From Deltaproteobacteria bacterium (GTDB lineage Bacteria; Myxococcota; Kuafuiibacteriia; Kuafuiibacteriales; Kuafuiibacteriaceae), in the NCBI GenBank assembly GCA_040218735.1, contig JAVJQW010000048.1:1-64000 (forward strand): a DNA stretch of 64,000 nt, in the 5' to 3' direction. The first letter of the stretch is position 1, and every line of letters starts with the position of its first letter. The translations under genes were made by a program, and so were the position numbers. Below the pieces are notes generated by a model, which saw only the letters and a list, made by a program, of their open reading frames with translations, was not told where the DNA came from and made no database searches. Positions 47,010 to 55,749 of this stretch are shown here, piece after piece.

Positions 47010-48125
47010 TCACCGCGTCAGCCACGCGCGGACGCGTTCGAGCCCGGCTTGGTGCACGCGGTCGCTGAGGATCGGGGGCATCGGTGACTCACCTTCGCCG
47101 CGGACGCGGATTCGCGTGAAGACGCAGCTGTCCTCGGGGTCGCCGAGGGCGACTCGGTAGCCGCACCCGCCGAAGAAGCCGCGGATCTCCACGTCGACCG
47201 CGGTGCGGTAGGCGCCGGTGTCCCAGATGGAGCTGTCGTTGGCGCCGAGCTGGAGCGAGAAGGGGTGGTTCGGGAACGGTACCGCGTCGGGGTCTTCGTT
47301 GTGGCAGTGTGCGCAGTTCGCGTGCAGGTACCCCAGCGCCGCGCTCGTCACTTCGTCCCCCGGGAGCTGGACACCTTCGGGGCGCGGCCGCGCGAGCGCG
47401 CCGCGTTCGCTGAGCGTCCGAAGCGTGACGCCGGGACCGTCGTGCCCGAGCTGGACCGCGGAGACGCCGAGGAACCTCGAGCTCAACCCGCCGGGGTCGC
47501 CGCCGCGCTCGCCGTGGCACCGGATGCAAACGCCCGCGCTCGGCACGTCGTAGTCGTAGCCGTGCGCGTCCTCGAGGAGCGCAGGATCGGTTTCTTCCGT
47601 GACGAGGAACGCGTCCGAGCCGTCCTCGGCCCACAGGTAGTGCACGAACATGAAGTCGTCGATGCCGGGGCCGGTTCGATGCACCATCCGGGTCTCGATC
47701 GGTTGGCCGTTCACGGAGAACTCCTTGAACGCGCGCGTGCCGACGGGGAAGCGCCAGTCGTCCATGTCGATCGAGTCGATCGGACCGTTGCAGCGAGGGA
47801 GGTAGAGCCACCGACGTTTGTCGGCACCGTCCGACCACAGCTCGAAGCGCGGAGAAAATGCCTCGACGTCGGCGGCGATCGTCCGCCTCGCGAAGTCTTC
47901 GTAGAGACCGAGCTCGCTCAAGCGGTCCGGAGGTTCGGTGAGGACCGTGAGTCGGTCGATGCAGTCGACGCCACCGTCGTAGACTCCGCCGTCGCGCACC
48001 GTGCCCGCGTCGCGACTCGCGCCGGCGTCGCGGCGCACGGCGCCGCCGTCGCGGGCAGAGGGCGGGGCGATGCCGTCGCAAGCCCAGACCGCGACGACGA
48101 CGACCGCCGAGGCGCGGAGTCTCAT
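47010..48125 (-). CDS. diheme c-type cytochrome lipoprotein
   Basis: Lipobox AVWAC, RDAG/RDGG linker, LWSDGADKRRW, FPVGT, CIRCH, NCAHCH, MPP. ATGA-coupled to the mxcI-like gene. Confidence 0.75.
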   Translation of the reverse strand: MRLRASAVVVVAVWACDGIAPPSARDGGAVRRDAGASRDAGTVRDGGVYDGGVDCIDRLTVLTEPPDRLSELGLYEDFARRTIAADVEAFSPRFELWSDGADKRRWLYLPRCNGPIDSIDMDDWRFPVGTRAFKEFSVNGQPIETRMVHRTGPGIDDFMFVHYLWAEDGSDAFLVTEETDPALLEDAHGYDYDVPSAGVCIRCHGERGGDPGGLSSRFLGVSAVQLGHDGPGVTLRTLSERGALARPRPEGVQLPGDEVTSAALGYLHANCAHCHNEDPDAVPFPNHPFSLQLGANDSSIWDTGAYRTAVDVEIRGFFGGCGYRVALGDPEDSCVFTRIRVRGEGESPMPPILSDRVHQAGLERVRAWLTR

Positions 48126-49366
48126 CGCAACTTCGTCACCGAGAAGACTTGGCCTTCGATCGAGGTACCGGCCGAGCCGAGCACGCCGCCGCTCACGTCG
48201 CGGAGGTGGGTGACGACGGGCTCCCCGCCGGCCTCGGGGATGACGCGAAGATCTCCGACGTCGAGGATTACCATCCGACCGGTGCCCGGTTCGTAGCCGC
48301 TCACGGGCGCCGCGGTGGGGGTGTCGCCGAGGGAGAGGGACCACCAGCTCCACCAGCTGCGAACGGCGACGAGGATGGGCACGGGCGGTGGCGTGACCAG
48401 TGAAGGATCGAGGACGCGGATGTACGCGTCGCCGTTCTCACCGGCGACGAGCATGCCCGCGATGTCACCATCGGTCCCGGGGTCGATCACATCGTCGAGC
48501 TCGACGAGGTAGCTGCGGTCGTAGCTGTCCGAGCTCGGGTCGAACCGAATGAGGCACGGCGAGAAAGCCTTGGTGCTGTCGAGGTGGTGGACGGCGCCGG
48601 CGTAGGACTCGGTCGCGAGGTAGATCATCCCGTCATCGCCGATCACGCCGTCGCGGGCCCAACCACACCGGTCGTCGACGACCACGATTGCGCTGTCGTT
48701 GGCGGTGTCGACGACGACCATCGCCGACTCGTTCAACACGTCCGCGCGGTCGGCCGTGAGCCAGCCGGCGGGGTAGTAGAGTTTCGTGCCCATCTCGATC
48801 GCGGGGGACTGGGAGAAGAAGAGCAATGCGTCCGTTCGGGCGAGCGCGGAGAGATCGATCGAGCTCGAGATCGCGAGCGCCTGAGGGTCCCAGACGACGA
48901 TGCTCCGGGTCGCGCCGTCGAAGTAGTACGCCTTGGTCTCGTTCACGAAGTAGAACTGTGACTGGTACTCGCTGATCGACTGGACGCCGGCGGGGGCGAA
49001 CGTGAAGGTTCCGCCCTCGACCAGGGTGCCGTCATCCATCACGTCGTGCCGGGTCAGCGTTGGCGCCTCGTCGCCGGAAGTGAAGACCACTCGACCTCCC
49101 TCCGGCCCGACCCCGCGGGCGCGTCCGGGGAGCTCGATTCCATCGCTGATGTCGAGGTGCTGCTCGCGGGTGATGTCGTCGGTGACGACGAGGTAGCTCT
49201 GGTATGCGCTACCGGTGTTGATCTCGCTGGTGACGGCGAACAGCGGGCCGGTGGCCGGTGGTTGCCCGCCGTCGCGGCTCATCGTGACGTCGTCGCCGTC
49301 GTCGTCCGAACCTGAGCACGCGACGAGCGGCAAGAGGAGTGAGAGGCACAAGAGTCTGGGGTTCAT
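48122..49366 (-). CDS. MxcI-like beta-propeller lipoprotein of siderophore clusters
   Basis: Lipobox LVAC. ELPGRA, PTLTRHDV..DGTLVEGG.FTF, TKAYYFD, VWDP, DDRC. Position in a myxochelin-type operon. Confidence 0.6.
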   Translation of the reverse strand: MNPRLLCLSLLLPLVACSGSDDDGDDVTMSRDGGQPPATGPLFAVTSEINTGSAYQSYLVVTDDITREQHLDISDGIELPGRARGVGPEGGRVVFTSGDEAPTLTRHDVMDDGTLVEGGTFTFAPAGVQSISEYQSQFYFVNETKAYYFDGATRSIVVWDPQALAISSSIDLSALARTDALLFFSQSPAIEMGTKLYYPAGWLTADRADVLNESAMVVVDTANDSAIVVVDDRCGWARDGVIGDDGMIYLATESYAGAVHHLDSTKAFSPCLIRFDPSSDSYDRSYLVELDDVIDPGTDGDIAGMLVAGENGDAYIRVLDPSLVTPPPVPILVAVRSWWSWWSLSLGDTPTAAPVSGYEPGTGRMVILDVGDLRVIPEAGGEPVVTHLRDVSGGVLGSAGTSIEGQVFSVTKLR

Positions 49367-50586
49367 GGTTGGGTTTCCTTCTGGGAGTAGCTTCCCCGGG
49401 AGAGTTGGGTCGCGAGCCACGCGGCGAACGCGATCGCTTGGTGGTCGTTCAGTCGCGGATCACACGCCGTCGTGTAGCGCTCGTGGAGACGATGCTCGTG
49501 GAGCGAAGCGTCGACACACTCGGTGACGCGGTCGCCGGTCATCTCGAGGTGGATGCCTGCGGCAGGGACGCCCTCGGCCGCGAGGATCTGCAGGAAGAGG
49601 CGGACCTCGGACCTCAGCGTAGCGACGTGGCGTGTCTTGAGCCCGGTGTCGGTACGCACGGTGTTTCCGTGCATCGGGTCGCTGACCCAACCGACCTGGA
49701 GCCCCTCGCGTCGAATGCGACGGACGAGCGAGGGGAGGTGCGTCTGAATTCCCGAGGCACCCATGCGCACGATGAACGTCAGGCGCCCCGGGCGGTTCGT
49801 CGGGTCGAGCGCGTGTGCGAGGCGCACGAGCTCGTCGGGCTCCGTCGTCGGACCGAGTTTGATCCCGATGGGGTTGAGGATCCCCCGGAGCAGCTCGATG
49901 TGAGCGCCACCTCGCTGTCGTGTTCGGTCGCCGAGCCAGAGGAAGTGCGCCGACGAGAGGTACCAGCCCCCCGCGGGCGTCGGCCGACAGGACGCTTCTT
50001 CATAGGGGAGTAGCAGGGCCTCGTGGCAGACGAAGGGGCGCCGCGCTCGTCGTCGTAACGCGGCGAGGACTCGGGCGGAGTGTTCGTGCGCGAGGAGCAT
50101 TCGCCGGGGATCGGCGAGTCGTCCGGCCGGCGTGAACGCGAGGTCGTTGATCGCGTCGCCGCGGTAGACCGGGAGGTCGAGGCCGTCGCGGTGTTCGACG
50201 ACATCGCTCCGCGGCTTGGCGAGCTGCCCGGCCATTCGCGCGACGACGACCACGGGCTGCGAGGTCGCCGCGACGAGGATGTCCGCCATGCGGTCCAGGA
50301 CGTTGCAGGTCGGACCGACGGCCGGCTCGGGCGTGATGCGCTCCGCGCAGTCCCCGCCCTGGAGGAGGAAGGCATCGCCTCGCGCCGCGGCGGCGAGGCG
50401 GGTCTCGAGCGCGAAGACCTCGTCGTACGGGACGAGCGGTGGCCTCCGGAGGAGAGCGTGCTCCGCGCGTGCGAGCTCGTCGGGGTCGGCGTACCGAGGG
50501 AGCTGCGACGCGGGGAGGCTCCGCCAGGAGTCGGGCGTCCAGTGTTCCGTGATTCGGCTTGATGCGGTGTTCAGCAAGACGGCCAC
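49363..50586 (-). CDS. class II DAHP synthase (short, PhzC-like)
   Basis: LQGGDCAE, RMAGQLAKPRS, YRGD, HEALLLPYE, WLGDRTRQ, DPMHGNT, HLEMTG, CDPRLN. Confidence 0.92.
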   Translation of the reverse strand: MAVLLNTASSRITEHWTPDSWRSLPASQLPRYADPDELARAEHALLRRPPLVPYDEVFALETRLAAAARGDAFLLQGGDCAERITPEPAVGPTCNVLDRMADILVAATSQPVVVVARMAGQLAKPRSDVVEHRDGLDLPVYRGDAINDLAFTPAGRLADPRRMLLAHEHSARVLAALRRRARRPFVCHEALLLPYEEASCRPTPAGGWYLSSAHFLWLGDRTRQRGGAHIELLRGILNPIGIKLGPTTEPDELVRLAHALDPTNRPGRLTFIVRMGASGIQTHLPSLVRRIRREGLQVGWVSDPMHGNTVRTDTGLKTRHVATLRSEVRLFLQILAAEGVPAAGIHLEMTGDRVTECVDASLHEHRLHERYTTACDPRLNDHQAIAFAAWLATQLSRGSYSQKETQP

Positions 50587-51342
50587 CTAGAGCGTTGCGC
50601 CGCCGTCGATGCGGAGGTCGTGAAGGGTGATGTGCCGAGCGCGATCCGACAGCAGGAACACGATGCCGTCGGCGACGTCCGAAGCGTCGGCGACGCGGCC
50701 GAGCGGGATGCCGAGGCGAAACCTCGACGGATCGCCGGCGATCGAGCTGTCGGTGGCGCGCCCATCGAGCAGGCGCGTGAGCATCGGTGTGTTCGTCGAG
50801 CCCGGCGAAACGACGTTGCAGCGGATGCCGAACGGCGCGAGCTCGAGTCCGAGGGAGCGCGTCAATGCGGTGGCCGCCGCCTTGGTTGCGGCGTAGACGC
50901 CGAGGTCCACGCGGGGGACCGCCGAGGCATTGGAGGACACCGTCACGATCGCGCCGCGTCGGCGCTCGATCATCGCTTTGGCGACCGCGCGTGAGACGAG
51001 CCAGGGGGCGGCCGCGTTGACCGCCATGGCGCGCTCGAACGCGGGCATGTCGAGCTCGGTGAGCGCGCTGCCGACGAGCAGAACTCCGGCTGCGTTCACG
51101 AGGCCATCGATCTCGGACGTGGCTTCGACCTCGGCGATGACGGTCTCGATCGCCGCCACGTCCGTGACGTCGAGCGCGCGCGGGATGAACCGGTCTCCGT
51201 GGATCTGTGCGCCGCGTGTGAGACGGTCCGCGTCGATATCGATGGCGACGACCCGACCGCCGTCGCGGATCAACGCCGCAGCGACGGCGGCGCCGATCCC
51301 GGACGCGGCGCCGGTAACGACCGTGGTCTGTCGCGCCTCCAT
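50587..51342 (-). CDS. dhbA: 2,3-dihydro-2,3-dihydroxybenzoate dehydrogenase (EntA/DhbA/MxcC)
   Basis: TGAASGIG, VTVSSNA, YAATK, RCNVVSPGST, GIPLG, HITLHDLRIDGGATL. Confidence 0.92.
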   Translation of the reverse strand: MEARQTTVVTGAASGIGAAVAAALIRDGGRVVAIDIDADRLTRGAQIHGDRFIPRALDVTDVAAIETVIAEVEATSEIDGLVNAAGVLLVGSALTELDMPAFERAMAVNAAAPWLVSRAVAKAMIERRRGAIVTVSSNASAVPRVDLGVYAATKAAATALTRSLGLELAPFGIRCNVVSPGSTNTPMLTRLLDGRATDSSIAGDPSRFRLGIPLGRVADASDVADGIVFLLSDRARHITLHDLRIDGGATL

Positions 51343-51349
51343 GTTCGCC

Positions 51350-52021
51350 TCAGACCGCTGCGACCCGCTGTGCCGACTCGTCCTCGCCTCCGAGGATCTC
51401 CAGGACGTCGCGTGCCGCGATCACGCGGCCGCAGGTCCGCGACACCTGCCGGAGCGCGGTCTCGTGGTCCGCGCGTGAGAAGTCGGCGATGGCGTCGCCA
51501 ACGAGGAACGGTTGTACGTCGCGCATGAACCCATCGACGGCGGTCGCGAGGCAGCCGATGTGTCCGTAGACGCCGGTGATGATGAGTTGGTCGCGCCCGA
51601 GCTCGTCGAGGAGGTTCTCCATACGTGTCTCGAAGAACGCGCTGTAGCGGCGCTTCTCGACGACGTGTTCGTTCGAGCGAGGTCCGGCGGCGAGACCGAC
51701 CTGAGCGGTGTCCGGGAACTCGACGATCCCCGTCCCCCAAAGGTCCCACAGCAGACCGCGTTCGCTGCGACTCTGCTCACCGGGCTGCACCGAAAAGAGG
51801 ACGGGGACCCCGGCACGTTCACAGGCGTCGCGAAGCGCTCCGATCGACCGCAACACCGGCGCGAGTGGAGGCGCCGCCCGGTCGTACGGCGCGAGGAAGT
51901 ACGACTGCATGTCGTGGATCAGGAGCGCAGAGCGCGAACGATCCAGCGTCCACTGAGCGCGCGACGCAGGCCACGTGTCTTCGGGCGGGAGTGCGTAGGA
52001 TGGGATCGTCGGGATGGGCAT
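51350..52021 (-). CDS. isochorismatase, stand-alone (no C-terminal aryl carrier domain)
   Basis: MPIPTIPSY, LLIHDMQSYF, KRRYSAF, GVYGHIGC, DAIADFS. Ends at 223 aa with no GLDS motif. Confidence 0.9.
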   Translation of the reverse strand: MPIPTIPSYALPPEDTWPASRAQWTLDRSRSALLIHDMQSYFLAPYDRAAPPLAPVLRSIGALRDACERAGVPVLFSVQPGEQSRSERGLLWDLWGTGIVEFPDTAQVGLAAGPRSNEHVVEKRRYSAFFETRMENLLDELGRDQLIITGVYGHIGCLATAVDGFMRDVQPFLVGDAIADFSRADHETALRQVSRTCGRVIAARDVLEILGGEDESAQRVAAV

Positions 52022-52025
52022 CGGA

Positions 52026-53348
52026 TCAGACCTCGTCTTGGGTGGAGTCGTGGGAGCGCGCGCGCCGGAGCGCGCTGCGGACCGTGGTGAGCTTGGCGTG
52101 CACTTCGCGGACCTCGTCGCGCGCGATGGAGCCAGCGACGATCCCCGCGCCTGCGTAGAGCCGGGCGACGCCGTCCTGGAGCGCCGCACATCGGATCGCG
52201 ACGACCCACTCGCCGTCTCCGCTCGCGTCGACCCAGCCGAGGGTCCCGGTAAAGAAGCCGCGGTCGAAGCGCTCCGAATCTTCGATCCACCTGCGCGCGG
52301 CATCCGCCGGGACGCCGCACACGGCCGGCGTCGGGTGGAGCGCGAGCGCGAGCTGGAGCGCCGACACCTCGGGGGATGCGAGCTCGCCCTCGATTCGGCT
52401 CTCGAGGTGCCAGACGGTCGGTGTCGCGACGACCCGAGGTGGTTCGATCGAAACGTCGCGCGCCAACGGACGGAGCGCCGCCGCGATCGCATCGACGACG
52501 TACCGATGCTCGCGTAGATCCTTGGCAGAGCGCTCGAGCCGCGCGGCGCGATCTCGATCCTCGATATCATCCCGTGACCTCGGCGCGGTGCCCGCGAGCG
52601 GGCGGCTCACGAAGCGACGCCCTCTACGCGCGACGAGGAGCTCCGGGCTCGCCCCCAGAAGATGTCGGGTCCCTCCGAGCGCGGCGTGAAAGACGTAGGC
52701 ATCCCCGTTCTCGGTGCGGAGCGCCTCCAGGATGTCTTGCGCTCGCAGCGGTCCGAGCTCTTCGTCCCGCGCGAGCGCGAGGACGACCTTGTCGAGTGCA
52801 CCCGTCGCGATGGCCTCGAGCGCACGCTCCACCGAGGCGGCGAAGACGGGATCGTCGTCGACGAGCCGCTCGGGGGCGCATCGAGGAACGGTCTGGGCAC
52901 TCGCGCTGTCTTCGACGGTGAACGACGTCGGGCACCGCAGATCGACACGCGCGTCCTGCGCGAACGGTAGCGCACCCACGGCGATGCCCCCGGTGGCCGC
53001 GAGGTGGCGTTCGAGCTTCGGCCGCCAGACGAGGTGGTCCGCGAGCACGTCGTCGAATCGTTGGCCGTCGCTCTGTGCGAGGACGGTGTGTTCCGGGCCG
53101 ACCAACGAGAACGTCGGTGCTTCGCGCCCGATCCCGAGCGCGCGCGCGAAGCCTTCCAGCGTCGGCGCCTCCGCGAGATCCATGAACGTCACGTCGCTCC
53201 CGTGTGCGCGGAGCTGTTCGACGAGCGTCATGAGTCGCAGAGAGTCCAACCCCCAATCGAGCAGCCACGTATCGGGACCGACGCCGTCCGCGTCGATCTC
53301 GAGGAGGGCCGCGACCTCGTTGGTCAGCGTCTCGAACGTCATCGTCAT
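52026..53348 (-). CDS. dhbC: aryl carrier protein-isochorismate synthase fusion
   Basis: N-terminal ~72 aa carrier domain (LLDWGLDSLRLM, LAEAPTL), then VGALPF, KVVLA, GASPELL, PLAGT, KDLREH, HPTPAVCG, AGAGIVAGS. Confidence 0.85.
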   Translation of the reverse strand: MTMTFETLTNEVAALLEIDADGVGPDTWLLDWGLDSLRLMTLVEQLRAHGSDVTFMDLAEAPTLEGFARALGIGREAPTFSLVGPEHTVLAQSDGQRFDDVLADHLVWRPKLERHLAATGGIAVGALPFAQDARVDLRCPTSFTVEDSASAQTVPRCAPERLVDDDPVFAASVERALEAIATGALDKVVLALARDEELGPLRAQDILEALRTENGDAYVFHAALGGTRHLLGASPELLVARRGRRFVSRPLAGTAPRSRDDIEDRDRAARLERSAKDLREHRYVVDAIAAALRPLARDVSIEPPRVVATPTVWHLESRIEGELASPEVSALQLALALHPTPAVCGVPADAARRWIEDSERFDRGFFTGTLGWVDASGDGEWVVAIRCAALQDGVARLYAGAGIVAGSIARDEVREVHAKLTTVRSALRRARSHDSTQDEV

Positions 53349-54955
53349 CGCGCACCTCGGTGGAGGGACTCGGCGAGCTGCTTCTTGTCGATCTTCCCGA
53401 CCTTGGTCTTGGGGAGCGTCGGCAACAGCTCGACGCGGTCGGGGAGTTTGAACGTGGCGATACCTCGATCCTCGAGGTGCCGGAGGACATCCTTGCGCGT
53501 GAGCGCGTGTTTCGGATGAGCGACGACCGCGGCGCAGATGCGTTCGCCGAGCAAGTTGTCTTGCACGCCGACGACGGCGGCGTCGACGATGCCCTCGTGG
53601 GCGAGGAGGTGATGCTCGAGCTCGAGGGGGGCGATCTTCTCGCCGCCGCGGTTGATCTGTTCCTTCGCGCGCCCCTCGACGACGAGGTCACCGTCGGCGG
53701 TGCGGCGTACGAGATCGCCGGTGCGGTAGAAGCCGTCGGCCGTGAAGGCGGTCGCGTTGTGCTCGGTGGCGTCGTAGTAGCCACGAATAGTGTAAGGCCC
53801 ACGCGTGAGGAGATGACCGACGTCCCCTTCGGCGACGTCGTGATCTTCGTCGTCGACGATCCGCACCTCGTCGCCGGGCGCCATCGGACGACCTTGGGTT
53901 CCGAGGATTCGTTCGAGTGGATCGTCGAGTCGGGTGTAGCAGACCAACCCCTCCGCCATCCCGAAGACCTGTTGCACCTCGCACTCGAAACCGGACCGGA
54001 TCGCCGCCGCAGCGTCGGCGTCGAGCCGCGCGCCGCCGATCTGGAGGAGTCGCAGCGAGGGGAAACGAACGCGCCGTGTCCGGGCGGCGAGGAGCCAGAG
54101 GCGAGCCAGCGGAGGGACCGCGGCGGCGACGTTGATCGATTCGCGTTGGATCAACGGGAACACGACGTCGGGTTGAGGTTGCGGGCTCAGCACGATGCGC
54201 GCGCCCGCGTGGATGCACCCGAGGATGCCCGGGGAGCTCATGGGGAAGTTGTGGGCTGCGGGGAGGGCGACGAGGTACCGAACCGACGCGTCGAAGCCAC
54301 ACACCCGTACGCTCTGCTCGACGCTGTAGCGGTAGTCGTCGTGGGTGCGTGGAATCAGCTTCGGCGTGCCCGTGCTCCCGCCGGAGAGCTGCAGGAGCGC
54401 GACCTCGGACGCATCGACGGGGCGTCGGTCACGAGGTGCCTCGTCGAGGTTCTCGTACGCATCATGTTCTTGCGGTTCGCCGACGACGATCGTCACGAGG
54501 CGACGTCCCAGCGCGGCTTCGACTTCGCGTGCGAGCGCTCGATAGTCGAAGCCGAGCACCTCGTCCGCGACGACATACGCCTTGGCGTCGGTGTGCCGGC
54601 AGAAGTACGTGATCTCGGAGCGTCGGTGCCCCGGTAGCGCCATCACCGGTATCGCGCCCAGGCGAAACAGCGCGAAGATCGTCTCGATGAGCTCGAGGAC
54701 GTTGGGGAGCTGAACCACGACGCGGTCGCGCGCCGTGATCCCCAAGCGCTCGAAACCGGACGCCTTCCGATCCACGCGATCGTCCAGCTCTCGGTAAGTG
54801 ACACGCCGTTCGCCGCAGACGACCGCGACGTGGTCCGCGAGCTGCTCTGCGGCCGAGCGCAACAGGTGATCGAGAGGTCGCCCGCTCCACCAACCTTCTG
54901 AGCGGTAGCGAACAGCGACCTCTGCTGGCCAGGCGACGAAGCCCGCGACGCTCAC
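53345..54955 (-). CDS. dhbE: 2,3-dihydroxybenzoate-AMP ligase (EntE/DhbE/MxcE)
   Basis: LSGGSTGTPKLIPRTHDDY, HNFPMSSPG, QQVFGMAEGL, GPYTIRGYY, YRTGD, RGGEKI. Confidence 0.95.
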   Translation of the reverse strand: MSVAGFVAWPAEVAVRYRSEGWWSGRPLDHLLRSAAEQLADHVAVVCGERRVTYRELDDRVDRKASGFERLGITARDRVVVQLPNVLELIETIFALFRLGAIPVMALPGHRRSEITYFCRHTDAKAYVVADEVLGFDYRALAREVEAALGRRLVTIVVGEPQEHDAYENLDEAPRDRRPVDASEVALLQLSGGSTGTPKLIPRTHDDYRYSVEQSVRVCGFDASVRYLVALPAAHNFPMSSPGILGCIHAGARIVLSPQPQPDVVFPLIQRESINVAAAVPPLARLWLLAARTRRVRFPSLRLLQIGGARLDADAAAAIRSGFECEVQQVFGMAEGLVCYTRLDDPLERILGTQGRPMAPGDEVRIVDDEDHDVAEGDVGHLLTRGPYTIRGYYDATEHNATAFTADGFYRTGDLVRRTADGDLVVEGRAKEQINRGGEKIAPLELEHHLLAHEGIVDAAVVGVQDNLLGERICAAVVAHPKHALTRKDVLRHLEDRGIATFKLPDRVELLPTLPKTKVGKIDKKQLAESLHRGAR

Positions 54956-55749
54956 GCGACCTCCGCCGAGATTGGCTCGTGGTGGTCGTGGTCGACGACG
55001 CCGCGTTTCCAGTGACCCGATGCATGCACACGCGATGGGGGGATGCCGCGGTCGGCGACGAAGTGGCGGTACGTCGAGCGGACGTCGTGGGCTTCGCCCG
55101 CGATCCAGATGAAGCCGTCACCGGCGGGGAGAGCGACCGAGCGGACGCGGGTGCGGAGCTCCTCGGCACACGTGACCCACTCGAGGTCGAGATCGTCGCG
55201 GTCGGGGACTGGATAGATGCGAGGCTCGGCGACGTAGAAGATCGCCAACACCTTTGCGTCGCCGAGAGACTCGATGCGTCGCGCCATCTCGGGGAGCGCG
55301 GTCTCGTCTCCGATGAACAGGTGCCAGTCGAAGTCGCGTTGCAGCACAAAGGACCCGCGCGGACCGGCGAGCCCGAGCGGGGCTCCGACCTTCGCCGACG
55401 CCGCCCACCGTGACGCGACGCCTTCGCCGTGGAGGAAGAAGTCGATGTCGAGCTCGCCGTCGTCGAACCTTCGCGGGGTGTAGTCGCGGGATATCGGCGT
55501 CCCTGACGGCGGTGGTTCGAGGAAGCCGCTCGCGCCCACCCGAGGGAGCACGGGTTCGCGCTCGCCGGGCACTGGGAAGAACAGTTTGACGTGGTCTTCC
55601 GGCGCGAGCGTGACGAACCCGTCGAGGGCGGGCCCCCCGAGCGTCACACGTGCGAACCGCGAGTGGAGGCGCTGGGTTCGGACGACCGTCAGGCGCCGTA
55701 CGATCAACGGGTGCCGGACGAGACGGAACGACGCGCGGTCCTGACTCAT
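54952..55749 (-). CDS. siderophore-interacting protein (ferric-siderophore reductase, ViuB/MxcB-like)
   Basis: DHVKLFFP, RDYTPR, GPRGS, GDETALP, WIAGE, GHWKRG. Confidence 0.92.
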   Translation of the reverse strand: MSQDRASFRLVRHPLIVRRLTVVRTQRLHSRFARVTLGGPALDGFVTLAPEDHVKLFFPVPGEREPVLPRVGASGFLEPPPSGTPISRDYTPRRFDDGELDIDFFLHGEGVASRWAASAKVGAPLGLAGPRGSFVLQRDFDWHLFIGDETALPEMARRIESLGDAKVLAIFYVAEPRIYPVPDRDDLDLEWVTCAEELRTRVRSVALPAGDGFIWIAGEAHDVRSTYRHFVADRGIPPSRVHASGHWKRGVVDHDHHEPISAEVA

